Sequence record: MT446415.1
DNA length: 64,000 nt
DNA from: Escherichia virus TH44
Reading direction: 5' to 3' (one strand)
The notes under the pieces were generated by a model. It did no database searches. It saw only the letters and a list, made by a program, of their open reading frames with translations, and was not told the origin of the DNA. Shown in pieces: positions 1 through 9,184 of this stretch (the first letter of the stretch is position 1; every line of letters starts with the position of its first letter). A program made the position numbers and the translations under genes.

Positions 1-8
1 AGGAAACT

Positions 9-1037
9 ATGTCATATATTGATAGAGAATTTGCAGTCAGAGCTTTATCGTATCAACCACGTTATAGAGAAGTCACCGGGAGCACATTTAAAGCAAACTG
101 TCGTTGCAAGGTTTGTGGGGACTCCCAGAAAGATTCACACAAGGCTCGATTCTGGGCGTATACTAATCCGGCTGATGGCGCGGTTTACGTGAAATGTTTT
201 AACTGTGACTACTCCACGCATATAAGCAAATACATAAAAGAGTTTGAGCCGGATTTACACCGGGAATATATGGTCGAGAAGTATAAGGAGAATGCCTTTG
301 GGCGGCAACGTACTGAAGTTACAGAAGCTCCGAAAGAACCAGAAAAAACTCCGGTTATTGAGCAGCTTGCTTTTTGTGAAAGACTCGATACTTTACCAGA
401 AGCACATCCGATAGTTAAGTATGTAAAAAGTCGATGTATTCCGAGCAATGTTTGGAACCGACTATGGTTTACAAACCAATGGCCTGCATTAGTTAACTCC
501 GTTAATCCTGGGACGTATAAGAATGAAACGAATGAACCACGCTTGGTTATTCCTATCTTCAACGGCAAAAAAGAAATCGAATCTTTCCAAGGACGAGCTC
601 TTCGCAAAGATGCACCACAAAAATATATCACAATCAAAGCTCACCCAGAAGCTTCCAAAGTCTATGGCGTAGACAAGATTGATGAGCGTAAACGCGTATG
701 GGTAATGGAAGGTCCGATTGATAGTTTGTTTATCCCTAACAGCATTGCGATAACCGGTGGAACATTAGCATTAGAAGCTGTTCCTTATCCAGAAACCAGA
801 GTATGGGTGATGGACAACGAGCCAAGACATCCGGATACGATTAAACGTATGAAGAAGCTCGTTGAAGCTGGCGAAGCTGTTATGTTCTGGGACAATGCAC
901 CATGGCATACGAAAGACATAAATGAGATGGTTAAATCAGAAGGGGCAACCCCTGAACAAATCGAATCATATATGGCCGATAACGTTGCTCAAGGATTGAT
1001 GGCGAGAATGCGACTTTCGAAGTACGCAAAAGTTTAG
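9..1037 (+). CDS. 61: DNA primase (T4 gp61 family)
   Basis: 342 aa with SD; N-terminal zinc ribbon CRCKVCGDS...CFNCDYS then TOPRIM-like acidic motifs (VMEGPID, VMDNEP); same length and map position as T4 gp61. Confidence 0.9.
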   Translation: MSYIDREFAVRALSYQPRYREVTGSTFKANCRCKVCGDSQKDSHKARFWAYTNPADGAVYVKCFNCDYSTHISKYIKEFEPDLHREYMVEKYKENAFGRQRTEVTEAPKEPEKTPVIEQLAFCERLDTLPEAHPIVKYVKSRCIPSNVWNRLWFTNQWPALVNSVNPGTYKNETNEPRLVIPIFNGKKEIESFQGRALRKDAPQKYITIKAHPEASKVYGVDKIDERKRVWVMEGPIDSLFIPNSIAITGGTLALEAVPYPETRVWVMDNEPRHPDTIKRMKKLVEAGEAVMFWDNAPWHTKDINEMVKSEGATPEQIESYMADNVAQGLMARMRLSKYAKV

Positions 1038-1234
1038 GAAGGGATTCCGGTAAAGTAACCGATGATGGAATGGATATGTTCCATTGTGACCTGAGGTAAG
1101 TGTACCCCTTGTGTTGCAGCGATAGGCACAACCAGTAAGTTCCACAGGAAAACATCAAGAGCTAAAAAGCCCATGATGAGCTTCTTGTCTTTCTTACTGG
1201 TTAATTTCCAAATCTGATAGAATAATGTTCCCAT
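1034..1234 (-). CDS. small single-pass membrane protein, paralogue of 1243-1440
   Basis: 66 aa, ATG start with SD AGGTGG; one hydrophobic helix (LALDVFLWNLLVVPIAA); antisense to flanking early genes; 3-prime end overlaps primase stop. Confidence 0.5.
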   Translation of the reverse strand: MGTLFYQIWKLTSKKDKKLIMGFLALDVFLWNLLVVPIAATQGVHLPQVTMEHIHSIIGYFTGIPS

Positions 1235-1242
1235 AGTTCCAC

Positions 1243-1440
1243 CTATACAAGGCCGATTAATGCCAGTGAAACATCTACAACTGATTCGAGCGCGACGACT
1301 GGCAATATAATACCATGTGTCAATGCGACAGGGGCAACAATGAAGTTCCAGAGTAGAACTGAACAGAGTACCGAAAGGACCAGAATCGTTCGCTTACGAC
1401 TGCCTTTGATGGCTTGAATTAGACTAGATAGTTTTAGCAT
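1243..1440 (-). CDS. small single-pass membrane protein, paralogue of 1034-1234
   Basis: 65 aa from the internal ATG (track start is TTG); perfect SD AAGGAGG 5 nt upstream; hydrophobic core LVLSVLCSVLLWNFIVAPVAL aligns with the neighbouring ORF. Confidence 0.5.
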   Translation of the reverse strand: MLKLSSLIQAIKGSRKRTILVLSVLCSVLLWNFIVAPVALTHGIILPVVALESVVDVSLALIGLV

Positions 1441-1524
1441 ACATCCTCCTTTCTTGTATTTATGCTTCAAACCAATACGATATAATTAACATACAAACAA
1501 CATGAATTGATAAGGAAAAATATA

Positions 1525-2043
1525 ATGGCTCATTTTAACGAGTGTTCTCAACTGATTGCTGGTGTTGATAAAGCTCAAGGCGCTTATGATAATGCAATTT
1601 TTGAAGGCACTGACCCACTGCAAGTTATGCTTGATATGCAGAAATCATTGCAGGTTCGTCTGGCTAAAGAAAAACCAGAATATAACGAACATCCTGATAA
1701 CCTGGCGACTGCTGGTGAAGTTGTTACCTGGCTCCGCAACCAGAAAGATTATATTGATGATGAATTCCGTGAACTGATTACTGCATTAGGTGGCATGTCC
1801 AATGGCGAGAAAGCTGCCTCGGCCGTATGGAAACCGTGGAAAGCACAACATGGCGAAATGCAGCAAACCCTGATTAATGATTTATCTCCTGAAGACCAGC
1901 TCGAAATTAAATTCGAAATGATTGATATTCTCCATTTCGTTCTGAACATGTTCCATGGCCTTGGACTGACTGCAGAAGAAATCTTTAAACTGTATTACCT
2001 GAAAAACGCTGAGAACTTTGCTCGTCAAGACCGAGGCTATTAA
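1525..2043 (+). CDS. 56: dCTP pyrophosphatase (T4 gp56-like, MazG-type)
   Basis: 172 aa from ATG at 1525 (track start is TTG); begins MAHFNEC as recalled for T4 gp56; same size; position downstream of primase. Confidence 0.75.
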   Translation: MAHFNECSQLIAGVDKAQGAYDNAIFEGTDPLQVMLDMQKSLQVRLAKEKPEYNEHPDNLATAGEVVTWLRNQKDYIDDEFRELITALGGMSNGEKAASAVWKPWKAQHGEMQQTLINDLSPEDQLEIKFEMIDILHFVLNMFHGLGLTAEEIFKLYYLKNAENFARQDRGY

Positions 2044-2074
2044 TACTAATAAATAAGTCATGTAATTAATAAAA

Positions 2075-2320
2075 ATGGAGAATTGCATGGCTTATGTTAA
2101 TATCAAAACAGCTACCCGTGATGTCACCGGTGGTACTGTCGAAGGCAAAGAAATTTCCATTGATTTTACTCTGTATTCAGATGTCCATAAAATTGCGGGC
2201 TCTCACTACCAGACTTTCCCTTCTAAAGATGCAGCATATTCTACCGTTTTTGAAAAGGCTGACAGGGAGGCATGGATTGCAGCAAACGAAGACATTTTTA
2301 AAGTAACCCCGGCGGCATGA
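2075..2320 (+). CDS. hypothetical protein
   Basis: 81 aa ORF; alternative ATG at 2087 has a GGAG SD; followed by an intrinsic terminator. Confidence 0.45.
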   Translation: MENCMAYVNIKTATRDVTGGTVEGKEISIDFTLYSDVHKIAGSHYQTFPSKDAAYSTVFEKADREAWIAANEDIFKVTPAA

Positions 2321-2333
2321 TAGATTAATTATA

Positions 2334-2360
2334 GGGAACCTTCGGGTTCCCTTTTTGCTT
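2334..2360 (+). terminator. rho-independent terminator
   Basis: GGGAACC-TTCG-GGTTCCC stem-loop followed by a T-run. Confidence 0.65.
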
Positions 2361-2404
2361 TTAATAGAGATGGTATAATTATCTCAACTACAGAGGAGAA
2401 TACT

Positions 2405-2602
2405 ATGTTAAACCGTTGGATTAAACCGAATAAAACTTTAGACGAAGTTATTGCCCATGATGTACATTTTAAGTATGGTCTGGGTGCGTTTGATGAGGTT
2501 ATCGTGCACTCGTTCATGATGCACGATGATGATTCTTTAGAATTCAATATTGAAATCCGTTGTGATGATGGTAAAGTTGAATTTAAACGAGGTTTCTTAT
2601 GA
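2405..2602 (+). CDS. hypothetical protein
   Basis: 65 aa, ATG with SD GAGGAG; upstream extended -10 TGgTATAAT. Confidence 0.45.
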   Translation: MLNRWIKPNKTLDEVIAHDVHFKYGLGAFDEVIVHSFMMHDDDSLEFNIEIRCDDGKVEFKRGFL

Positions 2603-2940
2603 TTAGTTGGCTCAAGAATTTATTCAAGACTAAACCGAATGAAGGTATGCTTCCTGTTAGCATACCGGATGTTAAACTAAGAGAATATGTTTACATGGGT
2701 GATGGCATGATGGAAGAAGTGGTCAAATCAAAATCAAAAGACCTATATTCTACAATGTCAGAAGAAGACTTACAAAAACGTTTAACTCGACTACAAGAAC
2801 AAAGAGCTCAAGCGCAAAGCAGTATCGATACTACTTCGATTGTGGTTACCGCCGCTGCAGTTAGTTCGTGGACCGGTGATTCGTCTTATTCCTCCTATGA
2901 TTCAGGAAGCTGCGATTCGTCTTCCAGCTCGTGTGATTAA
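2599..2940 (+). CDS. hypothetical protein with Ser/Cys-rich C-terminal tail
   Basis: 113 aa; start overlaps upstream stop (ATGA); C-terminus SSYSSYDSGSCDSSSSSCD. Confidence 0.45.
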   Translation: MISWLKNLFKTKPNEGMLPVSIPDVKLREYVYMGDGMMEEVVKSKSKDLYSTMSEEDLQKRLTRLQEQRAQAQSSIDTTSIVVTAAAVSSWTGDSSYSSYDSGSCDSSSSSCD

Positions 2941-3135
2941 ATGAGAATTACAAGTTGGCTTAAAGATTGGTTGGTTACTCCAGGGATTGATGATTCCTGG
3001 GTGGCCAGAGCTGAGGAAGAAATGCAGCGCGAAGCTGAAGAATGGGCCGCTACAGGGCTTAAAGCCATGCAGGAAAAGAAGACCGAAAGAGCTGCGCTTA
3101 AACTGATGCGTGATATCTACGGAGATAAATCATGA
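2941..3135 (+). CDS. hypothetical protein
   Basis: 64 aa ORF abutting the upstream stop. Confidence 0.35.
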   Translation: MRITSWLKDWLVTPGIDDSWVARAEEEMQREAEEWAATGLKAMQEKKTERAALKLMRDIYGDKS

Positions 3136-3277
3136 CACAAGAAGAAGCTGAACGCCGGGCAAAAGAAGCACTGGATTTGCTTTTGAAAATTGGCAGTAAA
3201 ATGATGGAAGAAAATGAAAAGTACATCAAGGAAAATAAAATTCCCGATGGTCCATTAGTTGGTAAGAGGAAATCATT

Positions 3278-3760
3278 ATGAAAGTATACGAATTAGAATT
3301 CTACGTCCGTGATTCGGCAGGTCAAACACGACCTTACGATGCTACCGCATGTCTTATCATGGTTTACAATGGCATGGATTCGGTTACCGAATTGGAAACA
3401 AAATTAATGAACCTGACGATGCCGGAAAACGTTATGATGAAAGTATTTCATAGAAAAAACGTTAATGTGGCCGAAGGGTGTCCGTTTACTGTTTCTGAAG
3501 CTCTGCACATCAAAGGCTATCGTCACCCAGACCTTTATGGCGAAGATATCATTTTCTATAAAGATAGAGATAAAATGGCCACTGAACGTCTTCAAGGTCG
3601 CACATATCTGATTTCCACTACCGACGACCTTGCTGAAGTTGAACGTCAGATTTGGAAGCACTTTGATATCGGCTTGCGCTTTACTTTAACAGAAGAAGCT
3701 ATTCAAGATACTAAAATGCGCGCTCGTATGTATGGTTACGGTCCTATCGGTGGCTACTAA
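3278..3760 (+). CDS. hypothetical protein (at the T4 mrh position)
   Basis: 160 aa, SD AAGAGGA; size and position between 56 and the mod genes fit T4 mrh, sequence not verified. Confidence 0.45.
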   Translation: MKVYELEFYVRDSAGQTRPYDATACLIMVYNGMDSVTELETKLMNLTMPENVMMKVFHRKNVNVAEGCPFTVSEALHIKGYRHPDLYGEDIIFYKDRDKMATERLQGRTYLISTTDDLAEVERQIWKHFDIGLRFTLTEEAIQDTKMRARMYGYGPIGGY

Positions 3761-3935
3761 TGGATTTATTTGAACTTTTTGAAGAGCCTAAAGCTCCTAC
3801 AGAAGCCCGCGTGGACCTAGTTGACGAACTTGATGCGATTATACAGAAGCATGGTTTTAGTCTCCCAATGGAAGTTCTGCGCGACCTGGCCTCATATTAC
3901 GACGACCCACCTCCATGGGCACCATGGGTGAAACG

Positions 3936-4169
3936 ATGAACTGGTTAACAAATATCCCAACATCGGCGCTGGATATCGACCGTAAACACGCTCATAAGGA
4001 AATTGAGCAACAAAAAATTAATCGCTTACAAAGGATTAAGACTGAATCCAAGACAATTAAAGTCGAACGTCCGACAGAATCGAAAAGTTCTTACTCACCA
4101 TATCAATCTCCGATTGGCATGGCTGCAGACATTGCAGTCTTTGGCGTCCCACTTGGAGTATTTAAGTAG
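3936..4169 (+). CDS. hypothetical protein
   Basis: 77 aa from internal ATG of track ORF 3915-4169. Confidence 0.35.
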   Translation: MNWLTNIPTSALDIDRKHAHKEIEQQKINRLQRIKTESKTIKVERPTESKSSYSPYQSPIGMAADIAVFGVPLGVFK

Positions 4170-4225
4170 TTTACTTACTCCCCTCCTAATGACATAATGG
4201 TCTTTCTTACAACAGAGAGACCATT

Positions 4226-4786
4226 ATGAACATCATCAAATCTGATACCGAACCCAACCAGTTAAAATTTAGTGAAATGGAGATAGCTTCATTATTTGAA
4301 TGCCGCACATCAAAGGTTGATAAGACCTTGCATTCAAACATCAACGCAATCATCAAGTCAAGGTTGTCTATACCTGATACAGTCTTGTATCGTGGGGTCA
4401 CCCAACAAGAGATTGATTTGTTAGATGAAGCAAAAGAATCAATGCAACCTTTTGAATTTGGACGGATAACCTCCTTTACAGAAGACTATGGTATTGCCAG
4501 GGATTTTGCTGCAATGGAATATGTGTCAAGGACTATCATCAGATTGAATCAGACCAAAGCTTTTTGTTACCATGATGCGATGCGCAAAATCGCGCTTGAC
4601 GTCCCACTGGAATTCTTCAATACTGCTTCTGGTTCCGAACAGGCAGCAACGTTAAGACGTGAAGAATACATGGACATGATTGATTCTGAGCTTGAATGGT
4701 TTGTTCCAGTTGACCAGAAATTCGTGGTGGTTGATGCTGGATTTGTTGGTGATTATTATGTTCTTGACTGTGTACAAGAGCTATAA
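4226..4786 (+). CDS. ADP-ribosyltransferase, ModA/ModB family
   Basis: 186 aa; ordered R-S-E motifs LYRG, ITSFTEDY, SELEWFVP; position upstream of dda as in T4 modA/modB. Confidence 0.7.
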   Translation: MNIIKSDTEPNQLKFSEMEIASLFECRTSKVDKTLHSNINAIIKSRLSIPDTVLYRGVTQQEIDLLDEAKESMQPFEFGRITSFTEDYGIARDFAAMEYVSRTIIRLNQTKAFCYHDAMRKIALDVPLEFFNTASGSEQAATLRREEYMDMIDSELEWFVPVDQKFVVVDAGFVGDYYVLDCVQEL

Positions 4787-4830
4787 GACACGTTAAGATG
4801 TTCCTATCAACTACTGATGAGGATAATAAA
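4769..4830 (+). promoter_or_regulatory. degenerate early-promoter cassette inside coding 3-prime end
   Basis: GTGTACAAG ... TTAAGATG ... CTATCAACTACTGATGAGGA resembles the cassette family but with a weak -10. Confidence 0.3.
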
Positions 4831-5445
4831 ATGCTGTACACTGATGACGTTTTGAATGGAATTATTGATATTGCTGCTACTAGCGAGTCTTTTCGTAACC
4901 AATGTCAAGCGGAGATTGATGCTCTTTACACAGATAATGAGCAATCAGTACTCTGGCAGTGTATGGAAAATAAACCTGACCTGATTCAAGAAGACTTAAC
5001 CAGGATTATCCGCAACAATCTGAATACTGCACCGCCAGCGGCATTGTTCCGTGGTATATCAAAGAAAACTATGGAATACCTGGAAGATTTCAGATATGTT
5101 GGGGCGACAATTGAGTTCAATCGTGTGATGAGTTTTTCCAGGGACTGGCAGGTTGCAAGAAATTTCGCATCATATAGTTTCTATGGCACAAGGAATATTT
5201 TCTGCATAAACAATGCACCATATGCGTATAACTATCAGGAAGCAATCTTCAAAATGATTTGTGGTGCTCCTCCTGAAGAGTTCAATGGTGCATATCCAGA
5301 AGCAACCAGGAAATCAAACTTACACCTGGTTAATGATGAGGATGAGTTTATGTTTCCCGCTGGGACTACGCTCCGCGTAGACTTGATTGAAACTCACCCA
5401 TTGAATAACCTGTATACTGTTTGGCATTTGACTGTTTTGAACTAA
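4831..5445 (+). CDS. ADP-ribosyltransferase, ModA/ModB family
   Basis: 204 aa from ATG at 4831 (track N-terminal extension is translated cassette); motifs LFRG, MSFSRDW, NDEDEFMFP. Confidence 0.7.
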   Translation: MLYTDDVLNGIIDIAATSESFRNQCQAEIDALYTDNEQSVLWQCMENKPDLIQEDLTRIIRNNLNTAPPAALFRGISKKTMEYLEDFRYVGATIEFNRVMSFSRDWQVARNFASYSFYGTRNIFCINNAPYAYNYQEAIFKMICGAPPEEFNGAYPEATRKSNLHLVNDEDEFMFPAGTTLRVDLIETHPLNNLYTVWHLTVLN

Positions 5446-5494
5446 CCAAAGACCTTAGAACCATTATACACAGTAAAAATAAAAGCGTTAAAGG

Positions 5495-5550
5495 CAAAAA
5501 GTAGTGTACACACCCAATGGATGGTGTATAATGAATCCATACTGAGTTAC
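5495..5550 (+). promoter_or_regulatory. T4-type early promoter cassette
   Basis: A-tract, GTGTAC, 17 bp, TATAAT; inverted repeat ATGGAT/ATCCAT flanks the -10; conserved CCATACTGAGTTACC downstream. Confidence 0.6.
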
Positions 5551-5579
5551 CAAATCGTCCGTAAGATGAGAAAAATATC

Positions 5580-6326
5580 ATGACTTTATCAAAAACCAAA
5601 ACGCTGAAAGTTAAACGTCGTCTGGAACACACTCAAGCTTCCGCTAAACGTCGCGGTAAAGACTTTAACCTGGATTTTGATTATCTGGTTAACATTCTTG
5701 ACCAAAAAGTTTGTGCTTATTCTGGTGAGACATTTAATAACTCTATTGAAGGTGAGAAGTTATCATTAGAGCGTTTTAACAATGATATTGGTTATATCAA
5801 AGGTAATGTTATTCCTGTTAAAAAGAAATACAATACCATGCGTTCTGATTGGTCCCTAGATGAGCTTAAACAACGTCGCGATGATGTTGCTGTAAAAATT
5901 GCTCGCCCGTCCGTCAAGAAGATTGAAAAGTTAAATCTGACTGCAGAGAAATGGGAACAGATTAAAAAGTCATATACCCATATTAAGAACATCCAGCACA
6001 AACGTGATAATCGCGTTAAGCATTATGCTCAAATGAGCAAATCAGAGCAGTCCAAAGAAAACCAATTAAAAATGGTTGCTCTGAAGGCTCGCATTGATGG
6101 TTCCCGTGTTGCGGAAGGTCATGAGCTTACTAAATTGAATGTCCTGCTCAAAGGTAATGACTGGAAGGTTACCAAGAAATTAACTAATGCTGAAACGCTT
6201 TTTGATTGCTATGATAAAATCATTCAAGGTCTTGAGCGTTTTGAGAAGATTGGTTTTATTGGTAAATTAAAACTGAAACGTGGTCTGCCTTTGAACGCGT
6301 CAATTTTTAAACTGATTAGAGGTTAA
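5580..6326 (+). CDS. hypothetical protein (T4 srd position); degenerate HNH-like motif
   Basis: 248 aa; CAYSG...LERFNNDIGYIKGNV loosely resembles an HNH motif; size and position fit T4 srd but unverified. Confidence 0.35.
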   Translation: MTLSKTKTLKVKRRLEHTQASAKRRGKDFNLDFDYLVNILDQKVCAYSGETFNNSIEGEKLSLERFNNDIGYIKGNVIPVKKKYNTMRSDWSLDELKQRRDDVAVKIARPSVKKIEKLNLTAEKWEQIKKSYTHIKNIQHKRDNRVKHYAQMSKSEQSKENQLKMVALKARIDGSRVAEGHELTKLNVLLKGNDWKVTKKLTNAETLFDCYDKIIQGLERFEKIGFIGKLKLKRGLPLNASIFKLIRG

Positions 6327-6330
6327 TGTG

Positions 6331-6627
6331 ATGTACTATGCATATGTGCTAGTCCACAAAGATAAAGATGGTTTTGAACGCCCATTGGAGTATAATGGAA
6401 AGGTTACCTTATACACCACAAAAGCGGGCGCAGAATATGAACTTGCCAACTATTCATATACTACAAACCGCTATTTACGCATGGGACGTATTGAAACACG
6501 GTATATTCCCAGAAAATGGTGGTTTGATAAGCGGGAATCAAAAACTGTTTTTCCTACTGAAGAACACGCCCGAGAATTGAAACAGGTTTTATATACTTTA
6601 TATGTTAAGCGAGTAAAATTGGCATGA
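6331..6627 (+). CDS. hypothetical protein (dda.1 position)
   Basis: 98 aa from ATG at 6331 (track start is GTG); SD GAGG. Confidence 0.4.
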   Translation: MYYAYVLVHKDKDGFERPLEYNGKVTLYTTKAGAEYELANYSYTTNRYLRMGRIETRYIPRKWWFDKRESKTVFPTEEHARELKQVLYTLYVKRVKLA

Positions 6628-7952
6628 TTAAATTTGAAGACTTGAACACAGGACAAAAAGAAGCTTTTGATTATATCACTGAAGCTATTCAACGACGTTC
6701 AGGGGAATGTATCACTCTGAATGGTCCAGCTGGTACAGGTAAAACTACTCTGACAAAATTTGTCATTGACCATCTGGTGCGTAATGGAGTTATGGGAATT
6801 GTGCTTGCTGCACCAACTCACCAGGCAAAAAAGGTTCTATCTAAATTGTCTGGTCAAACGGCGAATACAATCCATAGTATCTTGAAGATTAACCCGACCA
6901 CATATGAAGACCAAAACGTTTTTGAACAGCGCGAAATGCCTGATATGTCAAAATGTAATGTTCTGGTTTGTGATGAAGCAAGTATGTATGACGGGGCTCT
7001 GTTTAAGATTATTCTTAACTCTGTTCCTGAATGGTGTACTATTCTTGGGATTGGTGATATGCACCAGCTGCAGCCAGTTGACCCAGGAAGCACACAACAA
7101 AAAATAAGCCCATTCTTTACGCATCCTAAGTTCAAACAGATTCATCTGACTGAGGTCATGCGAAGCAATGCTCCTATCATTGAAGTGGCGACAGAAATTC
7201 GTAATGGTGGCTGGTTCCGTGACTGTATGTATGATGGTCATGGCGTACAAGGTTTTACCTCACAAACCGCTTTAAAGGATTTCATGATAAACTATTTCGG
7301 TATTGTAAAAGATGCTGATATGTTGATGGAAAACCGGATGTATGCGTACACGAATAAATCAGTTGAAAAACTGAACAATATTATTCGTCGTAAGCTCTAT
7401 GAAACGGATAAAGCATTTTTACCGTATGAAGTCCTGGTTATGCAAGAGCCACACATGAAAGAGCTGGAATTTGAAGGTAAGAAATTCAGCGAAACCATTT
7501 TTAATAATGGTCAGTTGGTTCGCATCAAGGATTGCAAATACACTTCCACAATTCTCCGTTGTAAAGGTGAATCGCACCAGTTAGTGATTAATTACTGGGA
7601 CCTGGAAGTTGAGTCAATTGATGAAGATGAAGAATATCAGGTTGACCGCATTAAAGTTTTACCAGAAGACCAGCAACCAAAATTCCAGGCATATCTGGCT
7701 AAAGTTGCTGACACATACAAACAGATGAAAGCCGCTGGTAAACGTCCAGAGTGGAAAGACTTCTGGAAAGCTCGCCGGACCTTCTTGAAAGTTCGTGCTC
7801 TTCCGGTCAGTACAATCCACAAGGCCCAAGGCGTTTCAGTGGACAAAGCATTTATCTATACTCCATGCATCCATATGGCTGAAGCTTCATTAGCGAGCCA
7901 GTTGGCTTATGTTGGAATCACACGAGCGAGGTACGACGCATATTATGTATAA
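6624..7952 (+). CDS. dda: Dda DNA helicase (SF1B)
   Basis: 442 aa; Walker A GPAGTGKTT, DEAS-box LVCDEASM, long colinear identity with recalled T4 Dda. Confidence 0.9.
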   Translation: MIKFEDLNTGQKEAFDYITEAIQRRSGECITLNGPAGTGKTTLTKFVIDHLVRNGVMGIVLAAPTHQAKKVLSKLSGQTANTIHSILKINPTTYEDQNVFEQREMPDMSKCNVLVCDEASMYDGALFKIILNSVPEWCTILGIGDMHQLQPVDPGSTQQKISPFFTHPKFKQIHLTEVMRSNAPIIEVATEIRNGGWFRDCMYDGHGVQGFTSQTALKDFMINYFGIVKDADMLMENRMYAYTNKSVEKLNNIIRRKLYETDKAFLPYEVLVMQEPHMKELEFEGKKFSETIFNNGQLVRIKDCKYTSTILRCKGESHQLVINYWDLEVESIDEDEEYQVDRIKVLPEDQQPKFQAYLAKVADTYKQMKAAGKRPEWKDFWKARRTFLKVRALPVSTIHKAQGVSVDKAFIYTPCIHMAEASLASQLAYVGITRARYDAYYV

Positions 7953-8184
7953 AGTACATAAAGAAGATTTAGATAATCTTATCTATGGTATTCAGGACGC
8001 GGTTGAATTTTTCGAAGATAATCCGACTATCGTCGTGCAGGGTAATTACGTTTTACTGGAACTGAATCTTATTCGGAAACGTATGGCCGCGATTGAATAT
8101 TTTAACAATGAAGAGCCGGGGATTTTTATCTCTGATTATGTTGCTGGTGAAATTCAGAAATTAAAAGAGATGTGCGATGATTGA
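7945..8184 (+). CDS. hypothetical protein
   Basis: 79 aa from internal ATG; overlaps dda stop. Confidence 0.35.
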   Translation: MYKVHKEDLDNLIYGIQDAVEFFEDNPTIVVQGNYVLLELNLIRKRMAAIEYFNNEEPGIFISDYVAGEIQKLKEMCDD

Positions 8185-8866
8185 TGCTATTATTGACTTT
8201 GAAACTCTGGGAAACGGCTCGAAGGGAGCCGTTATTGACCTGGCCCTGATTACATTCGAATCTGACCCTGCTATTGTGGAATCGTTCGAAACCCTGGTTA
8301 ATCGCGGCAAACGCATTAAGTTCAGTCTCGAATACCAAAAAGGAAAACGTCTGTTTGACACAACAACCATGGGTTGGTGGAAAAAGCAATCAGCGGAAGC
8401 ACGTGTTAACCTGGCTCCTTCTGCGCATGATGTTGATACTCTGACCGGTATCCAACAGGCGATTGACTATCTGAATGGCAATGGAATTAACAAATACGAA
8501 AGCCTTATGTGGTGCCGTGGGATGTCTTTTGACTTCCCGTTGTTTGTCGACCTTATCCGCGACCTACAGCGCAATGAGGGGATTCCTGAGCGCGAATTGA
8601 ATACCTATGACCTGGAGCCGGTCGTATTCTGGAACCAGCGTGATATCAGGACAGCAATCGAAGCCTTGTCACTCGTCCGTAAGATGTGTGAAACCCCATT
8701 ACCGAAAGGGACTTTAGATGGATTTGTGGCGCACGATTCGGTACATGACTGCGCGAAAGATATTTTGATGTTGAAGTATGCCCAGCGCTATGCTCTTGGT
8801 TTAGATGAAGTTCCTTCCGAAGAAGATGCAGACCCGTTATCTTTACCGAAAAACGATAAAAAGTAG
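8177..8866 (+). CDS. dexA: exonuclease A (DnaQ-like 3-prime to 5-prime exonuclease)
   Basis: 229 aa; N-terminal exo motif IDFETLG; size and position match T4 dexA. Confidence 0.75.
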   Translation: MIDAIIDFETLGNGSKGAVIDLALITFESDPAIVESFETLVNRGKRIKFSLEYQKGKRLFDTTTMGWWKKQSAEARVNLAPSAHDVDTLTGIQQAIDYLNGNGINKYESLMWCRGMSFDFPLFVDLIRDLQRNEGIPERELNTYDLEPVVFWNQRDIRTAIEALSLVRKMCETPLPKGTLDGFVAHDSVHDCAKDILMLKYAQRYALGLDEVPSEEDADPLSLPKNDKK

Positions 8867-8926
8867 TGTACAAGGCCAATGGAAAGAGACATAATCATCT
8901 CATCAACTACTGATGAGGATAACAAA
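8858..8926 (+). promoter_or_regulatory. T4-type early promoter cassette
   Basis: AAAAAGTAGTGTACAA with dexA TAG stop inside it, 18 bp, CATAAT, then CATCAACTACTGATGAGGA carrying the SD. Confidence 0.6.
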
Positions 8927-9184
8927 ATGATTACTTCTTTTGAAATTGGCCAACAATATGAAATGTCTGCTCTTCAAGCTGCTGAAGCAGGTCTGACCAA
9001 AGCGTTTGAATGTGCATTTGCAAATATTCGTGGTAAAATCTTTACTGTCAATAAAATTGCGGTATATGATAAAGAAACAGATATGAACAAAGGCATCTAC
9101 CTGAACGTGTCAAATGCAAAAGGTCGTCGTGAAATTATGGTTGTACAACCTAATCAACTGGCGATGTTCAATAAGGTTGCATAA
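8927..9184 (+). CDS. hypothetical protein
   Basis: 85 aa from ATG at 8927; track N-terminus STTDEDNKM is translated cassette. Confidence 0.45.
   Translation: MITSFEIGQQYEMSALQAAEAGLTKAFECAFANIRGKIFTVNKIAVYDKETDMNKGIYLNVSNAKGRREIMVVQPNQLAMFNKVA

Noticed and set aside
4798-4830. N-terminal extensions reading ...STTDEDNKM on track ORFs at 4798, 8879 and 49424
   Set aside because: The shared peptide is just the translated promoter cassette (CAACTACTGATGAGGATAA); the real start is the ATG after the SD inside the cassette.
5580-6326. Homing endonuclease (HNH) call for the 248 aa ORF
   Set aside because: The HNH-like stretch lacks the catalytic His-Asn pattern and zinc-binding cysteines; size and position fit T4 srd better, so it is kept as hypothetical.
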